From NCBI RefSeq assembly GCF_004010195.1, contig NC_057718.1, positions 82,214,458-82,278,457 of the forward strand: a stretch of 64,000 bases of DNA, given 5' to 3'. The notes beneath the pieces were generated by a model. The model worked only from the letters and a program-made list of their open reading frames with translations. It made no database searches and had not been told where the DNA came from. This DNA comes from Chiloscyllium plagiosum. Taxonomy: Eukaryota. Made by a program: the position numbers and the translations under genes. Position 1 is the first letter of the stretch. The number at the start of each line of letters is the position of its first letter. Shown here in pieces: positions 50,918-64,000 of this stretch.

Positions 50918-52725
50918 GAAGCCTTCTTCTTCCTCTTGACAAGAGATGCAACTTTAATAAACCACAGTTCCCTCACTCAACCACTTCCTCCCTACTTGAC
51001 AGGTACATACTTATCAAGGACACACAGTAACTGTTCCTTGAATAAGCTCCACATTTCAATTGTGCCCATCCCCTGCAGTTTGTTTCCTCATCCTATGCAT
51101 CCTAAATCTTGCCTAATCGCATCATAATTGCCTTTCCCCTGCAATAACTCTTGCCCTGCTTTATATACCTATTCCTTTCCGTCACTAAAGTAAACATAAT
51201 CAAATTGGGGTCACTATCACCAAAGTGTTCACCTACCTCCAAATCTAACACCTGGCCATGTTTATTACCCAGTACCAAATCCAATGTGGCCTCACCCCTT
51301 GTTGGCTTGTCTACATACTGTGTCAGGAAACCATCCTGCACACATTGGACAAAAGCTGACCCATCTAAAGTACTTGAACTATTGTATTTCCAGTTGATAT
51401 TTGGAAAGTTAAAGCCCCTCCATATCAATTACACGGTTACTCTCGCTCCTTCCTAGAAATATCTTTGCTATCCTTTCATCTACATCTCTGGAACTATTTG
51501 GAGGCTTATAAAAAACTCCCAATGGGGTAACCTCCTTTCTGGTTTCTAATCTCAGCCCATACTACCTCAGTAGACAAGTCCTCAGTATCCTTTAGATTAG
51601 ATTGGATTTCCTACAGTGTGGAAACAGGCCCTTTGGCCCAACAAGTCCACACCGACCCTCCGAAGAGCAACCCACCCAGACCCATTCCCCTACATTCACC
51701 CCTGACTAATGCACCTAACACTACGGGCAATTTAGCATGGCCAATTCACTAACCTGCACATCTTCGGACTGTGGGAGGAAACCGGAGCATCTGGAGGAAA
51801 CCCATGCAGACACAGGGAGAATGTGCAAACTCCACACAGACAGTTGCCGAGGCAGGAATTGAATCCAGTTGAACCACTGAGCCATCAGTGCCGCTTTCTG
51901 CTATGTAATACTGTCCTTGACTAGCAATGTCATTCCTCCCCCCTCTTTTATCATCTTCACTGTTCTTACTGAAACATCTGGAACCTGCAACAATCATTCC
52001 TGTCCCTGCTCTATGTCTCCAAAATGGTCACAACATCGAAGTCCCAGGTACCAACCCATGCTGTATGTTCACCCACCAGATGCTCCTGGCATTGAGGTAG
52101 CCACACTTCAAACCACCTTCCTGCTTGCCGGTGAACTCTTGCGACCTTGAAACCTCATTTCTGACCTCACTACTCTCAACCTCCTAGACACTGGAACTAC
52201 AATTTAGGTTCCCATCCCCTACTGAATTAGTTTAAACCCTTCCAAATAGCATTAATAAATTCCCCCCCCAGGATATTTGTGCCCCTCTGGTTCAGGTGCA
52301 GACCATCCTGTTTGTCGAAATCCCACCCACCCAATTATCCAGAGATCCAAAACCCTACCTCCTGCACCATCCCTGTAGCCATGTGTTCAACCCCTCTTTC
52401 TCCCTATTCCTCGCCTCACTAGCACATGGCACGGGCAACAAACAAGAGATAACAACTCTGCTTGTCCAGCTCTTAGCTTCCATCCTAGCTCCCTGAATTT
52501 CTGCCTTAAATCCCCGTCCCTTTTCCTACCTATCTCATTAATACCAACGTGGACCAATACTTGGGGCTGCTCCCCCTCCCCCTCAAGGATCCCAAAAACA
52601 CGATCCGAGACATCACGGAACCTGGCACTGGGGAAACAACACATCCCAACCATGATTCTCTCTCGTTCGCACAGAACCTCCTATCTGTCCCCCAACTATG
52701 GAGTCCCCAATGACTAATGCTCTGC
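50918..52725 (-). mobile_element. CR1 5' half (ORF1 esterase and APE) with nested SINE at 51593-51870
   Basis: QVLVHVGINEIGRKR; GFNFPNINW..PTRGEATLDLVL..GDSD. Confidence 0.88.
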
Positions 52726-53074
52726 TCAGTGACCTAGGATGATACAAGGAAGTATTTATTTCAATAGAGCAGTTGTCTTCCAGGATAGAAATTCAGGATA
52801 TCAAAGGTCTTCCAGGCAAGATAATGGACCAATAACAGTGTCCTCCACAAAGAATATTCTGAGTGATAAAAGATCCTCCAGTGGAGAAATGATTCACAGA
52901 TTACAACCAGGGTTATTTGTCCTCAAGGAAGAGACCTACCATACTTCTAAATCCAAAGAGAACAAGAAGGAACTATCCAGACCATCAACATTGATGACCT
53001 AAGACAACTTAGTGGCGAGGGCCGGGATGAAGGTGAGATGATGGTGAATGAATTATAATTATACACATCACAGA

Positions 53075-53388
53075 AACAGTTTGAAAGCAGACGATTCAGT
53101 CCATCGAGCACACATTGACCCTCCAAAGAGGCTCCCACCCAGATCCTACTCTATCCCTGTAACCCTTCATTTTCTATGGCTAATCCAACTAACCTACACA
53201 TCCCTGGACACTATGGGCAATTTAGCATAGTCAATCTACCTAACCTCCACATCTTTGGAATGTGGGAGGAAACCAGAGCACTTGAAGGAACGCGGACATG
53301 GAGAAAATGTGCAAACCCCATGCAGACAGTCACCTGAGGGTGGAATCAAACCTGGGTCCTTGGCACTGTGAGGCAGCAGTGCTGACCA
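53075..53388 (-). mobile_element. HE1-related SINE, diverged
   Basis: GGGCAATTTAGCATAG...TGTGAGGCAGCAGTGCTGACC body. Confidence 0.8.
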
Positions 53389-53779
53389 GTTAGTTGGTAA
53401 TGGTTTTGAGGTATCAATGCTCATGTTACACTCAGATATCAATACTCATTCTACTAATGTCCCATAGTTTGTGGAGGCAAGTGTTCTATTCAATCAGAGA
53501 GCACAGATTAATTGTACCACCTCCCTAAGATCCTAGTAATTATGTCTGACTATATGTAATTATACTTATTGCTATCATGCAAGCAACCTTTTGTAATCTA
53601 AGATCAGAACCTCTTTAGTGAATACTTCATGGGAGTCTACCTCTACCACTAATCATGCGACAGACTTAAGATAAAAGAAGATTGGTGACAGTGAACTATC
53701 ACAAACAGCCTTTACACAGTGCCACATATTGGTAGAGTGCAAATGCCACCAAGTATTAGAACTGGAAAAAATGCCACAA

Positions 53780-55735
53780 TCACCACACAAAGTCTTATCT
53801 TTACCTTGATGATACCCACTATCATGCTTCGTAGCACTATCACTGTGCTAAATGGGACAGACTTTGAACAGATCTCACAACTTAAAACAGTACTGATGAG
53901 GTACTATGGGCTATGAGCAACAGCAGAAGAATTATATTCAACAACAATCAGTAATGTCATGGCCCAGCATATCTCTCATTCAACATAATCATCAAACCAG
54001 GAGATCAATCCTTGCTGAAAAGTGCAGGCGGTCATGCCATAAACAGGCATACTTAAAAATGGTGTCTCAATCTGGAAAACTACAATCCATGCTAAATGGC
54101 ACTAGTGATAGGCAGGGCTAAGCAATCCCACAACAAATGGATCAGATCGAAACTCTGCACGTCTGCTGCCTTTGGTCATGAATGGTGGTGGATGATTTAG
54201 ACAACAGGAGGGAGTTGTTCCTCAGATGATTCAGGAGGCTGAAATAAGATTTCCTCTAAGTCACACACCATCCTGACTTGGAGCTATATTGTCATTTCTT
54301 CACTGTCAATGGTTCAAAATCTTAGAACTTTCTTCCTAACAGCGTTGTGGGTATCTCTGCATCCTAACAACTGCAATGGTTCAAAAAGGCAGCTCCCCTC
54401 CAATTTCTCCAGTGCAACTAGGGAAGAATAATACATTCTGGCCAAGCCGGCAACAACCGTCCCATAAATGTATAAAAAATATTTGCATCCAGCTTCAGGC
54501 ATTTCTGTTGAGTGTGTGATTCAAATTAGCCTCTGCCTGAGGCCCTTATCATCACAGATTCTGATCTTCAACTAATTTGATTCATTCCACAGCTGAAGGC
54601 AGTGAATACTTCAAAGGTTACGGTCCCTGACAACATTCCAGCAATAGTGCCAAAGAGAAGTGCATCAGAACCAGCTGCACCTCTATCCGAATCGATTCTG
54701 TACAGCTTTAACACTGGCATCCAACCAGCAATGTGGAAAATTGTCCAGATATGCCCAGTACACAAAAGCAGGACAAAACCAACCCAGCCAGTTATCAGTT
54801 ATTAAGCCATTCTGATTATCAGCATTAATGACGAAAGGAATCATCGAAAATGCATTAACAGCAAAGGTAAAAACCTGCTCACTGATACTCATTACAGCTC
54901 TAGCCCAAACATGGAGAAAACAACTGAACACCAGAGTTGAGCGGAGAATGATTGCCCTTGACATCAGGGAAACCTAGTAAACCTGGAGTCAATGCAAATC
55001 AGGGGAAAACTCTCTGCTAGTTGAAGTCATACCTAGCACAAAAGACGATTGCTTGGTTATTAGAGTTTAATTTTTTTTAAAATTCACTTATGGAAACTGG
55101 GCATTGCTGGCTGACCAGTGTTTATTGCCCAAACCTAGTTGCCCTTGAAAAGGTGAGCTGCCTTCTTGAACCACCCTTGTGCTGTAGGTAGACCCACAAT
55201 GCCCTTAGGGATGGAATTCCAGGATTTTGATCCAGCGACTGTGAAGAAACTGAGATATATTTCAAAGTCATTTGGTGAGTGACTTGATGGAGAACTTTCA
55301 AATGGTGATGTTCCCATGTATTTTGTTGCCCTTGTCCTTCAAGATGGAAGTGGTCATGGGTTTGGAAGGTTCCATCTAAGGTACTTTGGTGAATTTCTGC
55401 AGTGCAACTGTAGATAGTACATACTGAGCATCAGTGGCGGGGGGAATGGATGCAGGTTGATTTGTCTTTGATGGTGTCAATTGTTTTGAGTGGTGTTGGA
55501 GCTATGTTCATCCAGGCAATTGGGGAGTATTCTATCACCCTCCTGAGTTGTGTCTTTTAGATGGTACACATGTTTTGGAGAATCAGGTGGTGAGTTACTA
55601 GCTGCAGAATTCTTCTTGGAGATGATCACAGCCTGGCCTTTGTGGTGTGAATGTTACTTGACATGTATCAGCCCAAGCATAGATAACATCCAGCTGTTGC
55701 TGCATTTGAACATGGACTGCTTCAGTACCTGAGGA
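53780..55735. mobile_element. Fragments of the second LINE family (+ 53780-55070; - tail 55085-55735)
   Basis: PDNIPAIV...YSFNTGIQPAMWKIVQICPVHK RT segment; tails match 63520-63815. Confidence 0.7.
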
Positions 55736-55769
55736 TCATAGAATCACTACAATGCTATTCGGCCTCTTA

Positions 55770-57635
55770 TGGAGTCATTGAAATGTACAGCATGGAAACA
55801 GAGCCTTCGGTCCAACCTGTCCATGCCGACCAGACATTCCAACCCAATCTAGTCCCACCTGCCAGCACCTGGTCCATATCCCTCCAAACCCTTCCTGTTC
55901 ATATACCTATCCAAATGCCTCTTAAATGTTGCAATTGTACCAGCCTTCACCACTTCCTCTGGCAGCTCATTCCATACCCGGACCATCCTGTGTGTGAAAC
56001 AGTTGCCCCGTAGGTTCCTTTTATATCTTTCCCCTCTCACCCTAAACCTATGCCCTCTACTTCTGGACTCCCCGGCCCCAGGGAAAAGACTTTGCCTATT
56101 TACCCTATTCCTCCCCCTCATAATTTTGTAAACCTCTATAAGGTCACCCCTCAGCCTCCGACGCTCCAGGGAAAACAGCCCCAGCCTGTTCAGCCTCTCC
56201 CTATAGTTCAAATCCTCCGACCCTGGCAACATCCTTGTAAGTCTTTTCTAAACCCTTTCAAGTTTCACAACATCTTTCCAATAGGAAGTAGACCAGAATT
56301 GCCCGCAATATTCCAACAGTGGCCTAACCAATGTCCTGTACAGCCACAACATGACCTCCCAACTCCTGTACTCAATACTCTGACCAATACAGGAAAACAT
56401 ACTGTGGTGTAAAATTATGTCCCAATACATGTGTGAATCATAATGTAACACATGTATTGGGCCAAGCAGTGGAATGTGGTGAAAGGGTTAAAATTGTGTC
56501 CCAATACATGTGTGAATCTAACCGAAAATGGAAGGTGTCGCTTAGTCCCGTGTGAATCTTATTACACACCTTCCCGTGTGAATCTTCTTATCTGCATGTG
56601 ACCAGAATGGAATGTGTTTTTCAGCCTTGCTCTGCTGTTCACATGAATGTTTAGATCTCGAAAAGAGTATATCAGCTGGAAAAGTCTCCAGTTCGGTAGA
56701 GTCTGCTCCGGGGTTGCGCTTAACCGCCGAGCGTGGGTTGTTGGCAACCGCTCTACGAGAACTGACGGCTCCCAGTTCCGGTAACACGTAGAGTGAGTAT
56801 AAACCAGACCCGTTGTAAGTACGAGACCTGGTTGTGGCGACGCTGCGGGGAATAAAACACTTATATTCTAGCAGACTCGCCTCTTGGCTGTTTGTTCTGT
56901 GTCAGACTACTTTCCTGCGAGCCTGGTCCTTGACCTTGAGAATTTTTTAAAACACATACCAAACGACTTCTTCACTATCCTGTCTACCTGCGACTCCACT
57001 TTCAAGGAGCTATGAACCTGCACTCCAAGGTCTCTTTGGTCAGCAACACTCCCTAGGACCTTACCATTAAGTGTATAAGTCCTGCTAAGATTTGCTTTCC
57101 CAAAATGCAGCACCTCGCATTTACCTGAATTAAATTCCATCTACCACATCTCAGCCCATTGGCCCATCTGGTCCAGATCCTGTTGTAATCAGAGGTAACC
57201 CTCTTTACTGTCCACTACACCTCCATTTTGGTGTCATCTGCAAACTTACTAACTATACCTGTTATGCTTGCATCCAAATCATTTATGTAAATGATAAAAA
57301 GTAGGGGACCCAGCACCGATCCTTATGGCGCTCCACTGGTCACAGGCCTCCAGTCTGAAAAACAACCCTCCACCACCACCCTCTGTCTTCTACCTTTGAG
57401 CCAGTTCTGTATCCAAATGGCTAGTTCCTCCTGTATTCCGTGAGATCTAAACTTGCTAATCACTCTCCCATGGGGAACCTTGTCGAATGCCTTACTGAAG
57501 TCTATATAGATCACATCTACCCCTCTGCCCTCTACCCCTCTTTGTTACTTCCTCAAAAAACTCATTCAAGTTTGTGAGACATGATTTCTCACGCACAAAA
57601 CCATGTTGACTATCCCTAATCAGTCCTTGCCTTTC
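55770..57635 (-). mobile_element. Young CR1 (RT to 3' end) interrupted by a solo LTR
   Basis: IDFSKAFDKVPH, MEFNSGKCEVLHFG, 127-aa C-terminal ORF. Confidence 0.92.
56403..56954 (+). mobile_element. Solo LTR, 552 bp
   Basis: TGT...ACA termini; 5-bp TSD CATAC (56398-56402, 56955-56959); TATAAA 56798; AATAAA 56851. Confidence 0.92.
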
Positions 57636-57639
57636 CTTT

Positions 57640-57866
57640 TGCATCCACACCAACCCTCCAAAGAGCATCACACCTAGACTCACCCCCCTATTCTCTCCCT
57701 GTAACCTTGCATTTCCCATGGCTAATTTACCTAACCTGCATATCTTTGGACTGTGGAATGAAACTGGAAAACCCGGAAGAAACTCACACATACATGGGTA
57801 GAATGTGCAAACTCCGTTCAGACAGTTGCCAGAGGTTGAAATTGCACCTGGTACTTTGAGGCAGCA
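57640..57866 (-). mobile_element. Diverged HE1-type SINE
   Basis: CTAACCTGCATATCTTTGGACTGTGG...GAGGCAGCA body. Confidence 0.75.
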
Positions 57867-57879
57867 AAAATCACAAGTC

Positions 57880-59640
57880 AGGAGTCTCAAATGGTGCTGA
57901 ACATTGTGCAGTCATTGGTAAAAATCCCCACTTCTGACCATATGATGGAGGGAAGGTCAATTGATGAGGCATCTGAAGACGTTTGGGCGAAGAACATTAT
58001 CCTGAGGAACACCTGCAAAGATGTCATGAAGCCGAGGTGACTGACCTCAACAACCACAACCATCTCCCAAGTGCCAGGTATGACTCCAACCACCAGAGTT
58101 TTCTGCCTGATTTCCACTGATTCCAGTTTTGCTAAGGCCACAGTCAAATTCGGCCTTGATTCAAGGGTTGTCACTATCATTTCATCACTAGAATTCAGTT
58201 TTGATTTGTCCATGTTTCAACCAAGGCTGTAACAAGGTCAGAAGCAAAGTGACCCTGGTAGAACTCAAATTGGGCACCACTGCTAGGTTATTGCTGAGCA
58301 CTGTTGATGACACCTTCCATCACTTTACTGGTGATCAAAAGTAGACTGATTGGGCAGTAATCGGCCGAATTGAATTTGTCTTGCTTTCTAAGTACTGGAC
58401 TTACCTGGGCAATTTTCCACATTGTCAAGTAGATGCCACTGTTCTACCGCAGTTAGGTGGTTTTGTGGGAGTAAGGAAAAAAAAAGCCAAGAGATTAGAG
58501 TCACCTTAAAAAGAAAAAAAAAGATGCCACTGTTGTAATTGTACGCTTAACAGCTTTGCTAGGGGCGCAGCAAGTTCTGGAGCACAAGTTTTCAGTAATA
58601 TTGCCAGAATATCTAATGCTTCCAACTATTTCTTGATATTACTTGGGGTGAATCAAATTGGTTGAAGACCGCTAGCTGTACTGCTGGGGACCACTGGAGG
58701 AGGCCAAGATGGATCATCCACTCGGCACTTCTGGTTTAAGATTGCTGTAAATGCTTCAACCTTACCTTTTGCACTGTTGTGCTGGGCTCTTCAAATCATT
58801 GAGGATGGAGATATTTGTGGAGCTGCATTTTTCAGTGAGTTGTTTAATTGTCCACCATCATTCAGGACTAGATGTAGCAGGACTACAGAGCTTAGATCTG
58901 ATTTACTGGTTGTGAAATCACTTAACTCTATCACTTGTTGCTAATGTTGTTTGGCATGCAAATGATCCGGTTTGGTAGCTTGACCAGGCTGACATCCCAT
59001 TTTCAGGTAACCTCTGGTGCTGCTCCTGGCATGCCATCCTGCACTCTCCATTGATCCCTTGGTTTGAAGGTAATAGTGAAGGCTGCGCCATGAGGTACCA
59101 GATTGCCTTGGAGCACAATTCTTCAGCTGCTGATTGTCCACAGCTCCTCATGGGTGCCAAGTCTTGAGTTGCTAGATCTATTCAAAGTCTATCCCATTTA
59201 ACATGATGATAGTGCCACACAACACAACAGACGGTGTTCTTAATGTAAAGGTGGGATCTTGGCTCCACAAGAATTGTGAAATGGTCACTCTTACTGATAC
59301 TGACATGGATGGATTCACCTGCAGCCAGCAGAATGGCAAGGATGAGGTCCAGAATGTTTTTCCCTCTTGTTGGTTTACTCATCACTTGCCATAGACCCAG
59401 TCTAGTAGCTATGTCCTTTAGGACCCAACCAGCTCAATTAGTAGTACTGCTGCCAAGCCACTTTTGGTGGCATACATTGAAATCCCCCAGCCAGAGGATG
59501 TGTTTCTGCCATCCTCATTGCTTTCTCCACGGGTTGTTCAACATGGAGGAGTATTGATTCATCAGCCAAGGGAGGACAGTATGTGGTAATCAGCAAGATT
59601 TTGCCCATGCTGATGCCATGAGACTTCATGGGGTCTGGAA
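57880..59640 (-). mobile_element. Second LINE family, APE to RT, decayed
   Basis: TTYCPPLADESILLHVE, PTRGKNILDLIL, SDH, VWHYHH.KWDRL, IFTNDCTMF. Confidence 0.82.
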
Positions 59641-60049
59641 TCGATGTTGAGTCGTCCCAGGAAACTCCTTCCCATCCAAGAATATCATTGCAGAATTCCT
59701 CAGGGTGCTGTCCTAGGCCCAACCATCTTCAGCTGTTTCATCAATGAACTTTCCCCTGTCATCAGCTCAGAAGTGGGATGTTCAGCACTATTTGCAACTC
59801 CTCAGACACTGAACCAATCCTTGTCCATATATGGCAGAATCTGAACAACATCTAGACTTGGACTAATCAATAGCATGGCTATCACTCAAATTTCCCACTA
59901 TCAATATCAGGGAGAGTTGCTATTGACTAAAACCTGGAGCTGGATGAGAAGTGGGAGAACTGGCCACTCCCCTTTCACTGCACAACTGTGTTAAAAAAAC
60001 CTAAAGGCCTCCGATTGTTGACTTAGGCAATGCCTGTTAGCCACTTTGG

Positions 60050-61020
60050 CACCAGGTTGCGCCAACCTGTGAAATGATTCTAAAGCCCATCTAACGCACA
60101 CTATTCCAATATCATCCATATGTTTATCCAATGACCACTTACATGCACTTAATGTTGGCAAGACTACTACTGTTACAGGCAGGGTATTCCACGCCCTTAC
60201 TGTTCTTTGAGTCAAGATGCTACTTCTGACACCTGTCCTATATCTATCACCTCTCAATTTAAAGCTATGTCCCCTCGTGCTAGCCAACACCATCTGAGGG
60301 AAAAGGCTCTCACTGACCACCCTAACTAATCTTCTGATCATCTTATATGTCCCTATTAAGTCACCTCTTAATCTCCTTCTCTCTCAAGTCCTTCAGCCTT
60401 TCCTCATAAGACCTTCCCTCCTGGTAAACCTTCTCTGCACCCTAATATTTCCACATCCTTCCTGTAATGCGGCAACATGAACCATACACAATACTCCAAG
60501 CACGGTTGCACCAGAGCTTTGTACAGCTGCAACATGACCTTATGGCTCCAAAACTCGATCCCTCTTCCAACTAAAGTTAACACACCGTACACCTTAACAA
60601 TCCTATCAACCCAGGTGGCAACTTTCAGGGATCCATGCACGTGGACACAGAGATCTCTCTGCATATCCACACTACAAAGAATCTTACCATTTGCCCAGTC
60701 CTCTGCATTCCTTACAAAGTTAATCACCTCACCCTTTTGTGCATTAAACTCCAATTGCCACCTCTCAGCCCAGCTCTGAAGCTTATCTATGCCACTCTAA
60801 ACTGCAACATCCTTCCGCACTGTCCACAACTCCTACAACTTAGTGTCATCTGCAAATTTACTAATCCATCTCATCCAGGTCATTTATAAAAATGACAAAC
60901 AGCAGTGGCTCCAAAACAGATCCTTGTGGTATACCACTCATAATTGAACTCCAGGATGAGCATTTCCCACCAACTACCACCCTCTGTCTTCCTACAGCTA
61001 GCCAATTCCTGATCCAAAAC
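60050..61020 (-). mobile_element. CR1 RT to 3' end
   Basis: [34 protein letters not shown]. Confidence 0.88.
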
Positions 61021-62769
61021 ACTAAATCACCCTCAATCCCATAGACTGTGGAATTGAAGCAGAGACTTATGTGGACAATGGGGTTAAGCAACCACCGTTT
61101 GGTCAATACAGATCAACTGTCAACTTATATTTTGAAGTTTGGATTTCTGACAAAGTAATCAAGCAGAAAAAAAACTTCCATAAATGATCAAACTCATGAC
61201 TTCGAAAAAGGAAACACTAAAGTAAAATCCAACTGCAGGGTGTGGAATGCTAGTGGAAAGCAGTTAATAACAGAAACACAAAGCCAATTACAGCTGACTT
61301 TCATGATTAGGAATGTTAAGCATCATAGAGTTGTTTGCTGAATCCTGTCTCTGCTAACTGGAAGAATGATGCTGAAGAAGGAAGGGTTTAGACAGATATG
61401 GGCCAAATGCTGGCAAATGGGACTAGTTCAGATTGGAACGTCTGGTCAGCATGAACAAGTTGGACTGAAGGGTCTGTTTCTATATGACTTCGACTATTTG
61501 AAAGGTGAGGGACAGAGGAGTGAGAAAAAAAGCAAGAGAAAGTAGAGTATCACTTTTACTAAACACATTTTACAATACACATATCAGCCCATGTTTCACT
61601 GAACCTTTTTCAGTGCAACCATTAAAGAAGCTGGAGAAATGCAGGGATTGAAACGTATGGCTAACTGTATCTCATTACAGGCCATTCTATAAAATCACAC
61701 TGTCCTTTTTAACATACTAAGCAACAGATGACAGCTGTACCAGCCAGCATGTCAATATATTTGTCTCCATTCCAATTGTATAGTAACAAAAGGTTACCTC
61801 ACTGGTGTATTTCCCATAGTATAGCAGCTCATTGATGGTCATATGATGTCTGAGGTTCACCATAGATGTCAGCCATGCCAGTTCAGCTCAATTAATAGCA
61901 CCTTTAGAAGATACAAGGCTCTCTTTTGAAGTTGTGGCTAGAACCCATTCCAAAATATAGGAATGTATGAGATATAATGAAAGATCTCTCTAGTTGTGTG
62001 AAGATATTAGCATGTGAGCTGTACCTGTGAACAGTTTGGAAGACAATAATTTGCATCATAATATCTTGGACCATCTACCTCGTAGATATTGGATAGTTAT
62101 CCTTGCAGATCTTCACCCACATTTACTTTCAGTTCTGTACAATACTGAATATGGTCACTCTCTACAACCAGGTGTAATGCAATGTCACCTTTGGAGGGGC
62201 ATGGCTACTAGAATGCTAAACAAGGCAGGCGTACCAGCACCCACTTATACAGCAGCACTTCAACTTTATTGGAAATCAAATACTTGGGCTGGTGCTACAC
62301 ATCTGGCAAGCTTGCAGGAATTCTTGCTGACACATACAGCCACGTAACTGTGACTCAGAATTTTTCAAGTTGCTGTATGGCAGTCAGATAGCCCTCCATC
62401 ATCACCTCATCCATTAATACAAATTCGGTGGAGCTAATTCCACCACGTTGCCAGTTTGTTTGTGCATGGAATGCAGTCAAATAGCTGCCAAGACTCTGCT
62501 CTGGCAGCCTATTCTGTAAACAACTTCAACTCCTCTTTTGTTGACTATCGGCCACATCAAATTACTGGGTTAGGCTAGTCAATATTACATGATTCAGGGA
62601 AATATACTTGCTCACAAATCAAGCTGACAACTATCAATGTCTGGCAATGGAAAGGGCAGGAGAACAAGGGAAACAGTGTCAACATCATGAGAAGTTGAGG
62701 CGAGAGTGACAGCCCTAAACAGCAAAGCCATATTTGACCAAATATGGCATCAAAGAGCTTTAGCAAAAC

Positions 62770-63815
62770 GGGAATTAATGGTAATTAGAAGGAAATGTTT
62801 TTACTGTTTGGAGCCAAGCCTTGCACATAGGAAGATGGCCATCTCAGCTTCAAGACATCACTACAGGAATTCCTCAGGGTAGTCTCCTAGTGCCATCCAT
62901 CTTCAGCTGCTTCACTAATGACATTTCCTCCATGATAAAAGGTCAAAAGTAGGGTTGTTTACTGATGGCTGCAGAATGTTCAGCACCATTCGCGACTCCT
63001 CGGTTACTGAAGCAGTCCATGTTCAAATGCAATAAGATCTATAATAGCCAGGTTTGGTCCAGCAAGTAGCATTTCCATCATAGAAATACTATGGAAAGAT
63101 CATCTCCAATAAGAGACAAACTAACCACCATCCTTGGCATTCAATGATTTTACTATCACTGAAACATCCTGGGGTTTACCATTGACGAGAAACTTACCTA
63201 GGAACTCCACGTAAATACAGTGGCTACAAGAGCAGGTCAGAGGCTAGGACTACTGTGGCAAGTCATTCATTATCTGACTCTGCAAAGCCCGTTCAGCATC
63301 TACAAGGCACAAGTCATGTGTGCGATGGAATACTCCCCACTTGCTTGGATGAGTGGAGTGCCAACAACATTCAAGAAGTCTGAATTATCCAGGACAATGC
63401 AGCCTACTTGATTGGCACCACATTTTTACAAACATCTACTCCCTCCATCACTGATGGTCAGTAGCAGCAGCACTGTGTATTATCTCCAAGATGCATTGCA
63501 AAAATTCACTAAAAGATCATAGACAGCACCTTCCAAACCCACAATCACTTCCATTCAGAAGGACAAGGCAGCAGATACATTGGACCATCACCTGTAAGTT
63601 TCCTTCCAAGCCAGTTACCATCTAGACTTGGAAAATAATCATAATTTGTACACTGTTGCCAGGTGAAAATCCTGGAATTCTCCCCTAATTGTATTAAGAG
63701 TCTACCCACAGAACATGGACTGCAGCTAATACATGAAGGCAACTTACCATCACCACCTTCACCAGGGCAACGTTGGGCAATAAATGCTGGCCAGCCAATG
63801 ATACCCGCGCCCTTT
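62770..63815 (+). mobile_element. Second LINE family, RT to 3' end
   Basis: GIPQGSLL.PSIFSCF.ND segment; IYKAQV..MEYSPLAW; GGGCAATAAATGCTGGCC tail. Confidence 0.8.
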
Positions 63816-63915
63816 GTTAAGAGCATCGCAACTTGTTAAATAAAAAGTGATCCATTTTCAGTGGTCCCAATTCAAAATTGTTCCAATTTCGTCCCAAATT
63901 GCATGACAAAATATT

Positions 63916-64000
63916 AGATTAGAGATTAGATTAGATTCCCTACAGTGTGGAAACAGGCCCTTCGGCCCAACAAGTCCACATCAACCCTCCGAAGAGTAAC
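63916..64000 (-). mobile_element. HE1-type SINE tail, cut by the window end
   Basis: (AGATT)n followed by CAGTGTGGAAACAGGCCCTTCGGCCC. Confidence 0.85.

Noticed and set aside
56411..56590. Spaced direct repeats resembling a CRISPR array
   Set aside because: Only two copies of each, inside an LTR U3 in eukaryotic DNA, with no cas genes.

Overview
This is repeat-rich vertebrate genomic DNA. The repeat repertoire (CR1 LINEs with SGNH-esterase ORF1, HE1-type tRNA SINEs, Penelope elements) points to a cartilaginous fish such as a shark; that is an inference. It holds one intact host gene: a 4-exon OVO-like C2H2 zinc-finger transcription factor on the + strand, best matching OVOL2 (CDS 18810-18909, 19700-19902, 20884-21070, 38794-39101; 265 aa; SNAG motif plus 4 zinc fingers). 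Its promoter is CpG-rich, TE-free and dense in ZEB/Snail, GRHL and OVOL motifs. Nearly all other ORFs are decayed transposon fragments. Notable structures: a pre-tRNA-Gly(GCC)/CR1 chimera in intron 3, a 114-bp Penelope-derived insertion with a 16-bp TSD and an intact minimal hammerhead core, a young solo LTR with a 5-bp TSD, a rearranged Gmr1-type LTR element (integrase before RT), and a candidate SNAG-less alternative first exon. I found no convincing wholly new biological system. TE boundaries were placed by eye and are approximate unless a TSD is quoted.
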